From: Synechococcus sp. | GTDB lineage: Bacteria > Cyanobacteriota > Cyanobacteriia > PCC-6307 > Cyanobiaceae | Direction: 5' to 3' | Assembly (NCBI GenBank): GCA_047284725.1 | Contig: JBJBEO010000001.1 | Location: forward strand, 1,880,203 to 1,944,202 | DNA: 64,000 nt | Program-made: the position numbers and the translations under genes | The notes under the pieces: model-generated | Databases searched by the model: none | What the model saw: only the letters and a program-made list of their open reading frames with translations | Told to the model about the DNA's origin: nothing | Shown here: in pieces, positions 53,862-64,000 of the stretch | Layout of the letters: each line of letters opens with the position of its first letter | Numbering within the stretch: the first letter of the stretch is position 1

Positions 53862-54268
53862 CCACCACCATTCAAGAAGACACCTTCTACGAGGGTGGGC
53901 CTGCCAAGGGAGATCTGATTTTCAATCTTCTGCTCGGTCTTACGCTGATCGGCATCCCCTTTGCGGTGGGTGCGATCGTGCGAGCCCTCTGGCTGCGCTT
54001 CAAGATCACCAGTCGTCGCATTTCCGTCAGCGGTGGCTGGTTGGGAAGAGATCGCAGTCAGGTGGTGTTCAGCCAGCTTCGGGAGGTGCGCTGCGTCCCC
54101 CGGGGTTTCGGAGCCTGGGGAGACATGGTGCTCGTGCTCAGTGATGGCTCGCGCCTTGAGATGCGATCGGTGCCGAATTTCAGGGAGGTCGAGACCTACA
54201 TTCTCGAACGAATTAAACTGCGACCCGCTTCGAGCCAAGACGCCGACAGCAAGGGCTTTGCTGCCTAA
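53858..54268 (+). CDS. Bacterial PH-domain membrane protein
   Basis: E..FYEGGPAKGDL, RFKITSRRISV.GG and WGDMVL.L.DG; located between rnpA and yidC. Confidence 0.85.
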   Translation: MTTTIQEDTFYEGGPAKGDLIFNLLLGLTLIGIPFAVGAIVRALWLRFKITSRRISVSGGWLGRDRSQVVFSQLREVRCVPRGFGAWGDMVLVLSDGSRLEMRSVPNFREVETYILERIKLRPASSQDADSKGFAA

Positions 54269-54331
54269 TCACTGCCCCACCAGCCGATGCGAACCGGCTG
54301 GTTTATCTGACCCTTCTTCAGGACCTCCACT

Positions 54332-55480
54332 GTGATCGGATACATCTCCGACAACCTGCTGATCCCAATCCTCGACTTCTTCTATGGACTGGTGCCGAGC
54401 TATGGACTGGCGATCGTGGCCCTCACGGTTGTCATTCGATTGGCATTGTTCCCTCTGAGTGCGGGTTCGATCCGAAGCGCCCGCAGGATGCGCATCGCCC
54501 AGCCGGTGATGCAGAAACGGCAAGCGGAGATCAAATCTCGGTATGCCAACAACCCTCAGAAGCAACAGGAGGAGATCCAGAAGCTGATGAAGGAATTCGG
54601 CAGCCCTCTGGCGGGCTGTCTGCCCTTGCTGGTGCAGATGCCGATTCTTTTTGCACTCTTCGCCACCCTCAGGGGTTCACCCTTCGCGGATGTTCCCTAC
54701 ACCCTCAATTTGAAGGTGTTGCCCGCTGATCAGATTGCCGCCGTTGAACCGAAACCGTTTACCAGCGCCAGCCATTCGATCTTCGTGACCGAGACCGATC
54801 ACGTTCCAGTGATTGCCGGCCTGCCGGGCGGCACCAAGCTCGGCGCCGGGGAGAGCAGTAAGATTCAACTCCAGACCAAGACAGGCGAAGCGTTCAGCGA
54901 CGTTCTCAATGGTGTTGAGAACGGACAAAGCTTTCTTCCTTCCTGGACGGTGACGAAGGGCGAAGGTGTGGTTTCAGTCTCGGACGATGGCACCATCACC
55001 GCCATGAGCCCGGGCGATGCCACTGTTGAAGGCAAGATCCCTGGGATTGCTGCCCGCAGCGGTTTCCTGTTCATCAAAGCCCTGGGCCAGGTGGGTTTCT
55101 ACACCGAGGGCACGATCAATTGGGATATCGCCATCCTTGTGGGCGCCTTTGGCCTGAGCCTGCTGGCTTCGCAGCTGCTCTCCGGCATGGGCATGCCTGC
55201 CAATCCCCAGCAGGCCACAGCCAACAAGATCACCCCCGTGATGATCACGGGCATGTTCCTGTTCTTCCCCCTTCCAGCTGGGGTGCTGCTCTACATGGTG
55301 ATCGCCAACATCTTCCAGGCAGGTCAGACATTCCTGCTCACGCGTGAAGCCTTGCCCGACAACCTGCAGGCAATTCTCAATGATCAGATGAAACAGCAGA
55401 ATGCTGCAGCAGCAACTGCCAGTGCAGCCGGTCAGGGTGGATCAAGGCTGCCTTTCGAACCCCGCGGCGGCAGCAAATGA
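54332..55480 (+). CDS. yidC: Membrane protein insertase YidC/Alb3
   Basis: [27 protein letters not shown] and [11 protein letters not shown]. Confidence 0.96.
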   Translation: MIGYISDNLLIPILDFFYGLVPSYGLAIVALTVVIRLALFPLSAGSIRSARRMRIAQPVMQKRQAEIKSRYANNPQKQQEEIQKLMKEFGSPLAGCLPLLVQMPILFALFATLRGSPFADVPYTLNLKVLPADQIAAVEPKPFTSASHSIFVTETDHVPVIAGLPGGTKLGAGESSKIQLQTKTGEAFSDVLNGVENGQSFLPSWTVTKGEGVVSVSDDGTITAMSPGDATVEGKIPGIAARSGFLFIKALGQVGFYTEGTINWDIAILVGAFGLSLLASQLLSGMGMPANPQQATANKITPVMITGMFLFFPLPAGVLLYMVIANIFQAGQTFLLTREALPDNLQAILNDQMKQQNAAAATASAAGQGGSRLPFEPRGGSK

Positions 55481-56046
55481 TTCCTGGGCTGGAGCCCATC
55501 CCTCTGCGGGATCTACAGGCCCTGGCATCCGTCAGGGCCTGGCCTGTTGAAGGCCACCTGGATGAACTTCCCTCCCTCACTCCAGTGAGAGGCGAAGTAC
55601 GGGCTGAACATCGCGGCAACCTGCTCGAAGTGAGCGGGCGGCTCGAGACCATTGTCAGCCTCTGCTGCGACCGTTGCCTCGGCCAATTCAATCAACAGTT
55701 GAACGTGAACACCGAGGAGCTGATCTGGCTCGGTGATGACCACTCAGCTGACTCCCTCAGTGCAGCAGGTCTCGACCATGACAGTCCCGATGGTCTGATC
55801 GAAAGCCTTGACCCGCGGGGCAGCTTCGAACCGGAACGGTGGGTGTTTGAGCATCTGAGCTTGCAATTGTCTGTGGTGAATCGATGCGGTGGGGAGTGCC
55901 CTGGCCCGCCAAGGTTCAACCAAGCGAAAAAAGCCGAGCCAACCAGCAACACAAACACCTCCGTTGACCCCCGCTGGCAGGCCCTGCTTCAACTGCAAGA
56001 GCCAGAGCAGGCGAAACCTCAGCACGAGAAGAACGGCCATGCTTGA
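55477..56046 (+). CDS. YceD/DUF177 family metal-binding protein
   Basis: CDRCL, C...C.G and C-terminal DPRWQAL. Confidence 0.88.
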   Translation: MIPGLEPIPLRDLQALASVRAWPVEGHLDELPSLTPVRGEVRAEHRGNLLEVSGRLETIVSLCCDRCLGQFNQQLNVNTEELIWLGDDHSADSLSAAGLDHDSPDGLIESLDPRGSFEPERWVFEHLSLQLSVVNRCGGECPGPPRFNQAKKAEPTSNTNTSVDPRWQALLQLQEPEQAKPQHEKNGHA

Positions 56047-57520
56047 GCACTGGAGCGACCAGCTCGATCTGCTGATCCGAGCCGGCACACCCCTGATCTG
56101 GATCCGCAGCCCTGAAGAAGAAAGGGTGGAGACCCTGCTGCAACAGGCCGTGACACGGCTCGGGAATCGACGCCTCGCCACCTGGAACTTCATCGACGGG
56201 CTGGACGGTGTGCTCAATCACGACGGCCTGGGTGCCCGCCAACCCATGGCCATCCTTCAGTGGCTGCAGCAGCTGGAGGCCAGCCAACCAACGCTGCTTC
56301 TGCTCAAAGACTTTCACCGCTTTTGCGATGACCCCGGTGTGGCAAGGATGCTGCGCAATCTCAACAACCGACTGAGGGAACTGCCACACACCTTGGTGCT
56401 CTGCACCGGCAGCTGGTCCCCACCGCTCGATCTGGAGGAATCACTCACCCTGCTCGACCTCCCCCTGCCACGGGAAGAGGAGATCCATGCCCTTTTGGAG
56501 GCGATCGCCAAAGCCAGCGGCACCCCCCTCGAACGGGACGTGTTGGAAGAGCTCACCCATGCCTGCAGCGGCCTGAGCGAAGCCAAGGTTCGCCATGTGG
56601 CCGCCCGGGCCCTCGCCCAACGGGGGGCCCTGAGCAGGGATGACCTGGCCGATGTTCTGGAGGAAAAGCGCCGGTCCCTCGCCCGCAGTGAAGTGCTGGA
56701 GTATTGCCACACCGACGCAGACCCTGCAGACATCGGAGGGCTGGACGCCCTGAAGCACTGGCTGAACCAGCGGCACCAGGCCTTCTCTGATGAAGCGCGC
56801 AACTTCGGCCTGCCCTTGCCGCGCGGCGTGCTGCTGGTGGGCCCTCAGGGCACCGGCAAATCGCTCACCGCCAGAGCCGTGGCCCACAGCTGGTCAATGC
56901 CGCTGTTGCGCCTGGATGTCGGCCGGTTGTTTGCAGGCCTTGTGGGCGCCAGCGAGGCCCGAACCCGGGAAACCATCCAACGGGCGGAAGCGATGGCCCC
57001 CTGCGTGCTGTGGATCGACGAAATCGACAAGGGATTCGGTGGCGATGCCCGCAGCGATGGCGGCACCAGCCAACGGGTGCTGGCCACCGTGCTCACGTGG
57101 ATGGCGGAGAAGCGTTCAGCGGTGTTTGTAGTGGCAACGGCCAATGCCGTTGACCGGCTGCCGGCGGAACTCCTGCGCAAAGGACGCTTTGATGAAATTT
57201 TTCTGCTCGATCTGCCTGCGGCTGCGGAACGAGAAAGCATTCTTGGCGTCCATGTCGCCCGTCGACGCCCAGGCCTGCAGCTACCGCTGAACACCGTGGT
57301 GGGCCGAACAGAGGGCTACTCAGGGGCCGAACTGGAGCAAACGGTGATTGAGGCGATGCATCTGGCCTTCGCGGAGCGTCGAGAGCTGAGTGAAGGCGAT
57401 CTGATCAAAGCTGCTGGCCAGCTTGTTCCCCTCTCTCGCACTGCAAAGGAACAACTGGAGTCGCTCAAGCAGTGGGCCAGCAGCGGGCGCGCCAGGGCTG
57501 CCAGCAGCACGAAGGCGTGA
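56039..57520 (+). CDS. AAA+ ATPase, Ycf46-like
   Basis: LLLKDFH, IGGLDALKHWL, GPQGTGKS, WIDEIDK and LRKGRFDEIF. Confidence 0.9.
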   Translation: MLEHWSDQLDLLIRAGTPLIWIRSPEEERVETLLQQAVTRLGNRRLATWNFIDGLDGVLNHDGLGARQPMAILQWLQQLEASQPTLLLLKDFHRFCDDPGVARMLRNLNNRLRELPHTLVLCTGSWSPPLDLEESLTLLDLPLPREEEIHALLEAIAKASGTPLERDVLEELTHACSGLSEAKVRHVAARALAQRGALSRDDLADVLEEKRRSLARSEVLEYCHTDADPADIGGLDALKHWLNQRHQAFSDEARNFGLPLPRGVLLVGPQGTGKSLTARAVAHSWSMPLLRLDVGRLFAGLVGASEARTRETIQRAEAMAPCVLWIDEIDKGFGGDARSDGGTSQRVLATVLTWMAEKRSAVFVVATANAVDRLPAELLRKGRFDEIFLLDLPAAAERESILGVHVARRRPGLQLPLNTVVGRTEGYSGAELEQTVIEAMHLAFAERRELSEGDLIKAAGQLVPLSRTAKEQLESLKQWASSGRARAASSTKA

Positions 57521-57634
57521 CGCAGCCGCATGACGCCAGATGAAGAAGCCTGAAGCGAGGTAACGACCTCATTTCAGATTCCGGAGAATCCCTTCCAAGC
57601 TCCGTAACTTCGCCACAGAACTGCAAAGTGTGGC

Positions 57635-57796
57635 GTGAACCGATCCAACGATCTCACCAGCCAATTGGCCGTCGCCTGCCTCGGCGCGGGTGTGATCACC
57701 ACCTTGGCGGTCGCCCAGGGGCAAAATCCCCTCACCGCCCTCGGCATCACCATTTTTTCAGCGGTGGCTGCGGTGATGGTGGGCCAGGTGCTCTGA
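57635..57796 (+). CDS. Small two-helix membrane protein (53 aa), function unknown
   Basis: Manual translation MNRSNDLTSQLAVACLGAGVITTLAVAQGQNPLTALGITIFSAVAAVMVGQVL from a GTG start; genome-typical codons. Confidence 0.8.
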   Translation: MNRSNDLTSQLAVACLGAGVITTLAVAQGQNPLTALGITIFSAVAAVMVGQVL

Positions 57797-57837
57797 AGCC
57801 CAGCGCCTAGGCTGCCCGCGCCGCGATTCAAACTCCC

Positions 57838-59115
57838 GTGCTTGATCAGCGCCTGGTGCGTGACAACCCCGAACTGATGGCCCGCGAGCTGGGCCGTCGC
57901 GGACTCGATGTCAACCTCAGTGGCCTTCAGCTGATCGCCAAACAGCAGCGTGATCTGGAGGAACAACGCAGTGCCCTCCAGGCGGAAGGTAATCGCGTTG
58001 GCAAAGAGGTCGGCCAAATGATCAAGGCCGGAGCTGATCCCAAGGGCAGTGAGGTGGCCGAGCTGCGTCAGAAGGGCAACCAGATCAAGCAGCAGGTGGC
58101 CGTGCTGGAGGGCGAAGAGAAACAGCTTTCCAGTCGTCTCCGCGAACAACTTCTCAGTTTTCCCAACCTTCCTTCGGCCCAGTGCCCTGATGGGCGCAGT
58201 GAAGAGGACAACAAAGAAGTGAAGCGCTGGGGGGAACCCCGCCAGGAGGAGGGCCTGCAAGAGCACTGGCAGATTGCCGACCGTCTTGGCCTGCTCGACA
58301 CCGAACGGTCGGTGCGCATCGCCCAGAGCCGCTTTGTAACGCTGTTGGGCCAGGGGGCCCGGCTCGAGCGCGCGCTGATCAACTTCATGCTCGATCTGCA
58401 CACGAGCAAGGGGTATCGGGAAGTGATGCCACCCGTGCTGGTCAACAGCGCCAGCCTGCAGGGGTCGGGACAGCTGCCGAAATTCGCCGAAGAAAGCTTC
58501 CGCTGCGCCGAAGACGATCTCTGGCTCACCCCCACTTCAGAGGTGCCCGTCACGTCGCTGCATCGCGACGAGATCATCCCCGCCGACCAGCTTCCTGTGC
58601 GATACGTGGCCTACAGCCCCTGTTTCCGGCGCGAAGCAGGCAGTTACGGACGGGACACGCGAGGCCTGATCCGCCTGCATCAATTCAACAAAGTGGAGCT
58701 CTATTGGTTCGCCCACCCCGACCAATCCGAAGAAGCCCACGCCCAGATCACCAGCGATGCCGAAGCGGTCCTGCAGGCCCTGGATCTTCCCTATCGGGTA
58801 CTGGATCTCTGCACCGGCGACATCGGATTCTCCGCCAGGCGCACGTATGACCTCGAGGTCTGGCTGGCCGGTGCAGGGACGTATCGCGAAATCTCCAGCT
58901 GCAGCGTCTGCGGCGACTTCCAAGCCCGTCGTTCCTCCATTCGCACCAAGGAAGGCAAGAACACCCGCCTGGTGCACACCCTCAACGGCAGTGGCCTAGC
59001 GATCGGACGAACCATGGCAGCCCTGCTTGAAAACGGTCAGCAACCGGATGGAAGCGTGCTGTTGCCGAAGGCTCTCGTGCCTTACTTCGGCTCCGACCGT
59101 CTCCAGCCAGAATGA
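57838..59115 (+). CDS. serS: Serine-tRNA ligase
   Basis: MLD start, coiled-coil arm, TPTSEVP, FRREAGSYGRDTRGLIRLHQF and HTLNGSGLAIGR. Confidence 0.98.
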   Translation: MLDQRLVRDNPELMARELGRRGLDVNLSGLQLIAKQQRDLEEQRSALQAEGNRVGKEVGQMIKAGADPKGSEVAELRQKGNQIKQQVAVLEGEEKQLSSRLREQLLSFPNLPSAQCPDGRSEEDNKEVKRWGEPRQEEGLQEHWQIADRLGLLDTERSVRIAQSRFVTLLGQGARLERALINFMLDLHTSKGYREVMPPVLVNSASLQGSGQLPKFAEESFRCAEDDLWLTPTSEVPVTSLHRDEIIPADQLPVRYVAYSPCFRREAGSYGRDTRGLIRLHQFNKVELYWFAHPDQSEEAHAQITSDAEAVLQALDLPYRVLDLCTGDIGFSARRTYDLEVWLAGAGTYREISSCSVCGDFQARRSSIRTKEGKNTRLVHTLNGSGLAIGRTMAALLENGQQPDGSVLLPKALVPYFGSDRLQPE

Positions 59116-59134
59116 CCATCCTCATCTCGATCGC

Positions 59135-60232
59135 GTGAACGTTCTTGCAGCACTGCTGGCCTTGGGGCTCTTGGTGGTGATCCACGAGGCAGGCCATTTC
59201 CTGGCGGCAGTGGGGCAAGGCATCCGGGTGAACGGATTCTCAGTGGGCTTCGGCCCGGCTCTGATCAAACGAGAGCACAAAGGGGTCACCTATGCCCTGC
59301 GTCTTCTCCCTCTGGGTGGGTTTGTGTCGTTCCCTGATGACGACGAAGACAGCACGATCCCCGACGATGATCCCGATCTGCTGCGCAACAGGCCGATCCC
59401 TCAGCGGATTCTTGTGATCAGTGCGGGGGTGATCGCCAATTTGCTGCTGGCCTGGGTGGTGCTGGTGGGACAGTCCGCCGTGATGGGAATTCCTGCAGGA
59501 GCGCAGCCGGGCGTGATGGTGATCTCCGTGCGACCAGGCGAAGCAGCGGCCCAGTCAGGCCTCAAAGCGGGAGATCGCATCGTCAGCCTGAACGGAATCA
59601 CCCTGGGGGAAGGTCAGAAGGCTGTCGCAAGCCTGGTGCAACAGATTCAGGCGTCTCCAGATAAATCCATGACCCTGGTGAGCGAAACAGGGCGCGGCGA
59701 CAGCACCGTGATCGACCGCCAGTTAATCCTCACCCCCACCGATCGCGACGGATTGGGACGCATCGGCGCCCAGCTCCAGGCCAACCTCGGCACCACACTG
59801 CGTCGCAGCACCAACCCTCTGGAGCCCCTGAGCTATGGCACAAGTCAAGTGGCCGGACTGGTGCACAACACCGTGATGGGGTACGGGGGGCTGATCACCA
59901 ACTTTGGCCAGACGGCCCAACAGGTGAGCGGACCGGTGAAGATCGTGGAAATGGGTGCCCAGTTGAGCAGTCAGGGTGGAGGCGGCCTGGTGCTCTTCAC
60001 GGCTCTGATTTCCGTCAACCTGGCTGTGCTGAACGCCCTTCCCCTCCCCCTGCTCGATGGAGGCCAGCTGGTGTTGCTGCTCCTGGAGGCGGCACGCGGT
60101 CGTCCGCTGCCGGAACGCTTCCAACTCGCCGTGATGCAGTCGGGCCTGCTGCTGCTGCTCGGCCTCAGCGTTGTGCTGATCGTGCGTGACACCAGTCAAC
60201 TACCAGTGATCCAGCAACTCACCGGCCACTGA
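59135..60232 (+). CDS. rseP: RIP metalloprotease RseP (M50, PDZ domain)
   Basis: HEAGH, FSVGFGP, PLGGFV, PDZ region and NALPLPLLDGG. GTG start at 59135. Confidence 0.94.
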   Translation: MNVLAALLALGLLVVIHEAGHFLAAVGQGIRVNGFSVGFGPALIKREHKGVTYALRLLPLGGFVSFPDDDEDSTIPDDDPDLLRNRPIPQRILVISAGVIANLLLAWVVLVGQSAVMGIPAGAQPGVMVISVRPGEAAAQSGLKAGDRIVSLNGITLGEGQKAVASLVQQIQASPDKSMTLVSETGRGDSTVIDRQLILTPTDRDGLGRIGAQLQANLGTTLRRSTNPLEPLSYGTSQVAGLVHNTVMGYGGLITNFGQTAQQVSGPVKIVEMGAQLSSQGGGGLVLFTALISVNLAVLNALPLPLLDGGQLVLLLLEAARGRPLPERFQLAVMQSGLLLLLGLSVVLIVRDTSQLPVIQQLTGH

Positions 60233-60292
60233 TTTAGTCCGGCCTGCCACCAGGTATTGTGGTGGATTAGTCCGCATAGAACGACCGCCTGT

Positions 60293-60595
60293 ATGGCCAA
60301 GAAGTCGATGATCGCCCGCGATGTGAAGCGGAAGAAAATGGTTGAGCGCTATGCGGCTAAACGTGCTGCCCTGATGGATGCTTTCCACGCTTCCAAAGAC
60401 CCCATGGAGCGCCTGGAAATTCACCGCAAGATCCAGGGACTGCCCCGCAACAGCGCTCCCAACCGCATCCGCAACCGTTGCTGGGCCACCGGCAAGCCCC
60501 GTGGTGTCTATCGCGATTTCGGTCTGTGCCGTAACCAACTGCGTGAGCGCGCCCACAAAGGCGAACTCCCCGGCGTGGTGAAATCGAGCTGGTGA
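60293..60595 (+). CDS. rpsN: 30S ribosomal protein S14 (long, non-zinc type)
   Basis: MAKKSMIAR...[12 protein letters not shown]...LPGVVKSSW. Confidence 0.98.
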   Translation: MAKKSMIARDVKRKKMVERYAAKRAALMDAFHASKDPMERLEIHRKIQGLPRNSAPNRIRNRCWATGKPRGVYRDFGLCRNQLRERAHKGELPGVVKSSW

Positions 60596-60653
60596 GTCGT
60601 GCTCGGGCTGCCGGCATGACATCCAGGCTGCCCAGGCTTCACATCTCAATTCC

Positions 60654-60683
60654 AGGGGATGGTTCATCACCATCCCCTTTTTT
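60654..60683 (+). terminator. Rho-independent terminator after rpsN
   Basis: AGGGGATGGT-TCATC-ACCATCCCCT followed by a T-tract. Confidence 0.9.
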
Positions 60684-60753
60684 ATTGCCGGACACTCGCC
60701 AACTGTTCCGATCAAGTGCGAGACTGGTGGTTGACAGAAAGACATAAGCGCAC

Positions 60754-62919
60754 GTGCAAGGTCAGACACAGTCGATCTCCTTCGATGGTCGGGAGATCCG
60801 GCTGACCACTGGGCGATACGCCCCCCAGGCCGGCGGCTCGGTGATGATCGAATGCGGTGACACATCCGTTCTGGTCACTGCCACCCGTTCCACAGGTCGC
60901 GAAGGGATTGACTTCCTCCCCCTCATTTGCGATTACGAAGAGCGCCTCTATGCGGCCGGCCGCATTCCCGGCAGCTTCATGCGCCGCGAGAGCCGTCCCC
61001 CTGAACGAGCCACGCTGATCGCTCGACTGATCGACCGGCCGATGCGGCCCCTCTTCCCAAGCTGGCTTCGCGACGACCTCCAGATTGTTGCCACCTGCAT
61101 GTCACTCGATGAGCGGGTTCCGGCTGATGTTCTTGCTGTGACCGGTGCATCACTGTCCACACTTTTGGCAGGGATTCCTTTCAACGGTCCGATGGCGGCT
61201 GTGCGGGTTGGCCTGCTGGGCGACGACTTCGTGCTCAATCCCAGCTACCGCGAAATCGAGCGTGGTGATCTCGACCTGGTGGTCGCAGGGACACCCGAAG
61301 GTGTGGTGATGGTGGAAGCCGGTGCCAACCAACTTCCCGAGCAGGATGTGATCGAAGCGATCGACTTCGGGTACGAAGCAGTCTGCGAACTGATCAAAGC
61401 CCAACAGTCCATCCTCAAGGAAGCAGGCATTGAACAGGTGATTCCGGCGGCTCCCGAACAAGACGCCACCCTGCCCACCTACCTGGAGAAAAACTGCAGC
61501 AAAGCCATTGGCGAAGTTCTAAAACAGTTCGACCAAACCAAAGGCGAACGCGACGACAAACTCGACGCGATTCGCCATGGCACCGCTGAAACCATTGCCG
61601 GACTCAAAGAGGACGATCCCGTTCGGGTTGCCGTCTCCAGCAACGGCAAGGCGCTGCCCACCAGCTTCAAGGCCCTCACCAAGAAGCTGATGCGTCAGCA
61701 GATCCTCAAAGACGGCAAGCGCGTCGATGGTCGCGCCCTCGATGAAGTGAGAACGATCAGCGCAGCGGCCGGAGTCCTGCCGAAGCGCGTGCATGGTTCT
61801 GGCCTTTTCCAGCGCGGTCTCACCCAGGTGCTCTCCACAGCCACCCTGGGCACCCCCAGTGATGCCCAGGAGATGGACGATCTCAACCCCAACACTGAAA
61901 AAACCTACCTCCACCACTACAACTTCCCGCCCTACTCCGTTGGCGAAACCCGACCGATGCGTTCACCAGGACGCCGGGAGATTGGCCACGGCGCCCTGGC
62001 CGAGCGCGCCATCGTTCCCGTACTCCCCGCCAAAGACACCTTCCCCTATGTGGTGCGTGTGGTGAGCGAAGTGCTGAGCTCCAACGGCTCCACTTCCATG
62101 GGCTCCGTCTGCGGCAGCACCCTGGCGTTGATGGATGCCGGCGTGCCCCTCAAGTCACCCGTGAGTGGTGCCGCGATGGGACTGATCAAGGAAGGAGATG
62201 AAGTGCGCATCCTCACGGACATTCAGGGCATCGAGGATTTCCTCGGTGACATGGACTTCAAGGTGGCCGGCACCGACAAGGGCATCACGGCTCTGCAGAT
62301 GGATATGAAGATCACCGGCTTGCCGGTGAACACCGTGGCCGATGCCGTGAATCAAGCCCGTCCGGCCCGTCTTCACATTCTCGAGAAGATGATGGAGGCG
62401 ATTGACTCCCCCCGTCAGGGCCTCTCACCCCATGCGCCGCGCCTGCTGAGCTTCCGAATTGATCCGGAATTGATCGGCACTGTGATCGGTCCCGGTGGCC
62501 GCACCATCAAAGGCATCACCGAGCGCACCAACACCAAGATCGATATCGAAGACAGCGGCATTGTCACCATCGCTTCTCACGATGGTGCTGCCGCGGAAGA
62601 AGCACAGCGCATCATTGAGGGGCTGACACGCAAGGTGCACGAAGGTGAGGTGTTCACCGGTTCGATCACCAGGATCATTCCCATCGGCGCCTTTGTGGAG
62701 ATTCTTCCTGGCAAGGAAGGCATGATCCACATCTCTCAGCTCTCCGAAGCGCGGGTGGAGAAAGTGGAAGACGTGGTGAAGGTGGGCGACGAAGTGACCG
62801 TGCGCGTTCGCGAGATCGACAACCGCGGGCGCATCAATCTCACCCTGCGCGGCGTGCCTCAGAACGGCGAAGAAGCAGTTCCAGAGCCTGCACCAACCCC
62901 AGTGGCTCCGCTCACCTGA
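60754..62919 (+). CDS. pnp: Polyribonucleotide nucleotidyltransferase (PNPase)
   Basis: [41 protein letters not shown] (IGPGG) and S1 domains. Confidence 0.98.
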   Translation: MQGQTQSISFDGREIRLTTGRYAPQAGGSVMIECGDTSVLVTATRSTGREGIDFLPLICDYEERLYAAGRIPGSFMRRESRPPERATLIARLIDRPMRPLFPSWLRDDLQIVATCMSLDERVPADVLAVTGASLSTLLAGIPFNGPMAAVRVGLLGDDFVLNPSYREIERGDLDLVVAGTPEGVVMVEAGANQLPEQDVIEAIDFGYEAVCELIKAQQSILKEAGIEQVIPAAPEQDATLPTYLEKNCSKAIGEVLKQFDQTKGERDDKLDAIRHGTAETIAGLKEDDPVRVAVSSNGKALPTSFKALTKKLMRQQILKDGKRVDGRALDEVRTISAAAGVLPKRVHGSGLFQRGLTQVLSTATLGTPSDAQEMDDLNPNTEKTYLHHYNFPPYSVGETRPMRSPGRREIGHGALAERAIVPVLPAKDTFPYVVRVVSEVLSSNGSTSMGSVCGSTLALMDAGVPLKSPVSGAAMGLIKEGDEVRILTDIQGIEDFLGDMDFKVAGTDKGITALQMDMKITGLPVNTVADAVNQARPARLHILEKMMEAIDSPRQGLSPHAPRLLSFRIDPELIGTVIGPGGRTIKGITERTNTKIDIEDSGIVTIASHDGAAAEEAQRIIEGLTRKVHEGEVFTGSITRIIPIGAFVEILPGKEGMIHISQLSEARVEKVEDVVKVGDEVTVRVREIDNRGRINLTLRGVPQNGEEAVPEPAPTPVAPLT

Positions 62920-62940
62920 TGCAATCGTTTGCCTTCGTTC

Positions 62941-62969
62941 CCCCACCAACCAGCGTTGGTGGGGTTTTT
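62941..62969 (+). terminator. Rho-independent terminator after pnp
   Basis: CCCCACCAAC-CAGC-GTTGGTGGGG followed by TTTTT. Confidence 0.9.
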
Positions 62970-63031
62970 GATGGCTTCTGAGACTGCAGACAGCAACAAT
63001 TGAGTGGAGCACAACCCCTCAAGCCGCCAAT

Positions 63032-63949
63032 TCACACCTGAAAACCGGGATCAATGGAGGCCATCGCCTTAGCCGACTGGGCGCAGAGTTCAGCATGGGT
63101 CTTCCCATGGCTCGCGATCAGGCAACCGGCCTGACGCACATCACCGGTGTTGTAGCGAAGGGGTTGGCCATCAGCGTGGGTAAAGGCACCACCCGCAGCG
63201 AGCAGCACCGCCTCGGGAGCCGCCATATCCCAATCCTTGGGTGCACTCTTGCCGGAGAGCGACACATACAGATCCGTCTCTCCACGAAGGATGGTGGCCA
63301 CCTTGCAACCGACGCTTCCCACAGCTTTGGAGCCTCCCAGATTGAGGGCGTCGATCAACTGCTCAAGACGAGCATCCCTGTGACTGCGGCTTGCCACCAA
63401 AGTGAGATCAGAGAGGACCGCGCGATTGCTAAAACGCACCTCCGAACGCCTGGCCTGACGGTCTTCACACCAGGTACCGTCGCCAACCACTCCAAACCAG
63501 AGTTCCTCGGCTTCCGGCAGCAACACCACACCGAGCACAGGCCGCTCTCCCCGCACCAGGGCCAGGTGCACGGCATACTCACCCGTGCCCTGGAGGAAAT
63601 CCTTGGTGCCGTCCAGGGGATCAAGGATCCACAGCCACTCGGCATCCAATGGCTGCCCCTCGGTGAGCTGCTCTTTGGCAGTTTCTTCACTGAGGAGCGT
63701 CCAGCCAGCTCTGGGGAATGCAGCCTGCAATCCATCCAGCAACCACTGATTCACCGCCAAATCAGCTGCCGACACAGGGCCCTCTCCGCCGTCATCGACA
63801 CTCAACGCCCTGGAGAAACCGTGGGGAGGCTGCTCTCCACGGGCATAGGCCCTCAGAATATCTGCCGCACCCCAGCACAGAGGCCTCAGGGCCGACAGCA
63901 AGCCGACCTGATCGATGCCAGCGGGAAAAGATGGAGCGGTCGGCATCAT
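63032..63949 (-). CDS. cysQ: 3'(2'),5'-bisphosphate nucleotidase CysQ (inositol monophosphatase family)
   Basis: PVSAAD, LLSEE, WILDPLDGTKDF, SRSH and WDMAA. Confidence 0.9.
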   Translation of the reverse strand: MMPTAPSFPAGIDQVGLLSALRPLCWGAADILRAYARGEQPPHGFSRALSVDDGGEGPVSAADLAVNQWLLDGLQAAFPRAGWTLLSEETAKEQLTEGQPLDAEWLWILDPLDGTKDFLQGTGEYAVHLALVRGERPVLGVVLLPEAEELWFGVVGDGTWCEDRQARRSEVRFSNRAVLSDLTLVASRSHRDARLEQLIDALNLGGSKAVGSVGCKVATILRGETDLYVSLSGKSAPKDWDMAAPEAVLLAAGGAFTHADGQPLRYNTGDVRQAGCLIASHGKTHAELCAQSAKAMASIDPGFQV

Positions 63950-64000
63950 GGAAAGATCTGGGCTGGGTCATTGTGAAGCAGAGCGCAGAGCCGGCACCAG

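Noticed and set aside
63946..64000. Possible 3' end of an upstream minus-strand gene (...RLCALLHNDPAQIFP*) overlapping the cysQ start
   Set aside because: Only about 17 codons lie in the window, too few to identify.

Overview
This window is a GC-rich, densely packed stretch of core chromosome from a picocyanobacterium, most likely marine Synechococcus, judged from gene content, gene order and protein sequences. It carries photosynthesis and respiration genes (psaFJ, an hli gene, petCA, ctaAB and ctaCDE, ndhB, vipp1) and housekeeping genes (tsaD, gmk, tatC, lgt, fabG, groEL2, topA, serS, rpsN, pnp, the rpmH-rnpA-yidC cluster). It also has cofactor and envelope genes (cobM, cobT-like, riboflavin synthase, ispD, ubiA-like, birA, glycosyltransferases) and one tRNA-Val(CAC). 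Four short genes below the ORF-track cutoff (psaJ, rpmH and two small membrane proteins) and the truncated wecB at the left edge were read by hand. I found no integrase, transposase, prophage, CRISPR array or defence island, and I cannot support a claim of a large novel system here. The best leads are modest: a ~740 bp unannotated structured region upstream of an orphan OmpR-family regulator (41103-41840); a probable non-canonically initiated N-terminal extension of TatC, in frame with the upstream RqcH/NFACT gene; and two translationally coupled operons of unknown function (EamA-GT4-ArnT and lipoprotein-DUF2232-CobT-SBP). Family assignments come from motif recognition only, and no database searches were run.
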